NCBI GenBank assembly: GCA_964187785.1 | Contig: OZ076409.1 | Coordinates: forward strand, 35,094,001-35,158,000 | Source of the DNA: Amphiscolops sp. MND2022 | Lineage: Eukaryota | Direction: 5' to 3' | Length of the DNA: 64,000 bases | Shown here: positions 62,500 through 64,000 of the stretch, one piece after another | How positions within the stretch are numbered: position 1 is the stretch's first letter | Layout: every line of letters begins with the position of its first letter | The notes under the pieces: generated by a model | What the model was told of the DNA's origin: nothing | What the model saw: the letters and a program-made list of their open reading frames with translations, nothing else | Database searches by the model: none | Position numbers and translations under genes: made by a program

Positions 62500-64000
62500 A
62501 CGCGCGTACCTCTTAGCTTGTTTCTACTTTTTGTAATAAACTCTTAATTGAGTCGTTTCGTTTAATTCTGCATACGGGGCTTCTGACCTCTTTCTTGCCG
62601 CTGTAATATGCCAATTATCTTGTAATTTGCCGTATTTTTGCATTGTCTTAACTTTTGAGCTACTAATTCTTGTTTTATTATCTTACCTGCGATCGGAAAA
62701 AATTCACTGGTTAGCACCAACTCATACGTTGTTAAGGGATCACTAAACGATGCTCGTCATTGATAGCAATTCCAGACTGGGATAGGTCGGCAAGTGCTCG
62801 AAAGAATCGGGACTTCTTCCCTTACGGCACATGTTTTACCTTGGGAGGCAATATGCACATGCCCATTCCATAGGTTCCTCCACTTCTATTGATGAAAGAA
62901 GCAACGGTTACAGCTTGTCGTTACAATGAACTTTTTGTGTTGAGTTTCCAAGTAATCTCTGATGATTTTGCTTCATGTACTTTTGTCAGCTAACATGAAA
63001 TTTAGCAACTACTTTGATAGATAATGATTCGAACTATAGCCCAGTTTGCAAAAGTGTCCTTTCACAAAATATACAAAAATACGCAAGATATGTCGAGTAA
63101 CTCTCCTCCCAGTACTAAAAAAAGTTGCCAAATAGCTGAAAGTACAATGGAGCTCCTAATTTCAAGTTAGTCGTTAAGCTCTGTTCGAAATGCTTGTTCG
63201 ATAGTCAATGACAAATTGATAGGCACAAGGGACTATTTGCCATTCTCTTGAAAGGATCAAAAGTTCTTTCATGTATGAATAGGAACTTGGGAAAGATAGC
63301 GCAATTGCTCCAGGAGCGCGCTTAAGTAGAAATAGGCATCTTTAAAGCCATCCAGCACTTCTTACGGAAAGTTACTCGTTTTCATTTATCTCATTTTCTC
63401 GTGAAAAGAAAAGAAACGAATGAATCGGGCCTTTTTTTGAATCTAATTGATTCTGGGTCTCAAAAAAGGAAAAATGCAGATGTTTGTTTACGCTTAGGGC
63501 TAAATTCTTATTATGAACACGTACGTCAAAATTCTTCTTCCTGTCGTTTTCATCTTACCCCAAAAATCATTGCGCCAAATGACCGAAAATTTTGTTCAGA
63601 AAACTTATTTATCAAATTGATTTATTTCTACTTGAGTTAGCAAGATGAATTATTTTATTCAAATGTGCCTAACCTGAATTCCGCCTTGATGAAAATATGT
63701 TTTTCGGATTTTTTCTTTCTTCTCCATGTTTGCCTGTGTTACCTTTGGGAGCGAAATTAATCATAAATTTTGACTGGAAATATTAAAAATAGAGCCAAGG
63801 GGAAGCCAGTATATTGGAAAGGAAAAAGATAAGAAAAGTTACTTTGTAGGATTTCACCTTTACATACCTCATACGCTACAGGTATTGTAATATACAATTC
63901 TGTAGTTACAGTGTTTTTGTTTAGCACTACCTGTAATTACTTTGCCCTGACTCCCTGTGGAGACGTGAAAAATAGACGAGAAAAAAGGGGAATTGTGGGA
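62500..64000 (-). pseudogene. Probable TM + TIR(-TIR) tail of a further TLR-like copy G, extending beyond the window
   Basis: TM-like KVTFLIFFLSNILASPWLYF (~63786-63845). Degenerate TIR-like RTCS**EFSPK...HSFLFFSR (~63400-63526) and HQRLLGNS (~62941-62965). Confidence 0.3.

Overview
AT-rich, repeat-dense eukaryotic (most likely invertebrate) DNA. No prokaryotic operons, rRNA/tRNA genes or CRISPR arrays were found. Manual six-frame reading suggests the backbone is a head-to-tail, minus-strand array of about 7 heavily decayed, apparently intronless Toll-like-receptor-type genes. Their architecture is LRRs with internal and juxtamembrane Cys clusters, then TM, then apparently two tandem TIR domains. 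The array is broken up by nested mobile DNA: an intact, very recent Ty3/Gypsy (Mag-like) element (identical 192-bp LTRs, 5-bp TSD, single 1786-aa ORF, RT motif WLDD); a decayed CsRN1-like Gypsy; three solo-LTR-like segments in which a gag-like ORF starts inside the LTR, one of them 3.5 kb with extra ORFs; a non-autonomous LTR element in an internal-LTR-internal-LTR arrangement; a 2.8-kb inverted-repeat-bounded element encoding a decayed zinc-finger tyrosine recombinase; many DINE-1/HINE-like non-autonomous Helentrons; MITEs, a LINE remnant and satellites. The TLR calls come from motifs read across frameshifts and stops and need frameshift-aware HMM confirmation.
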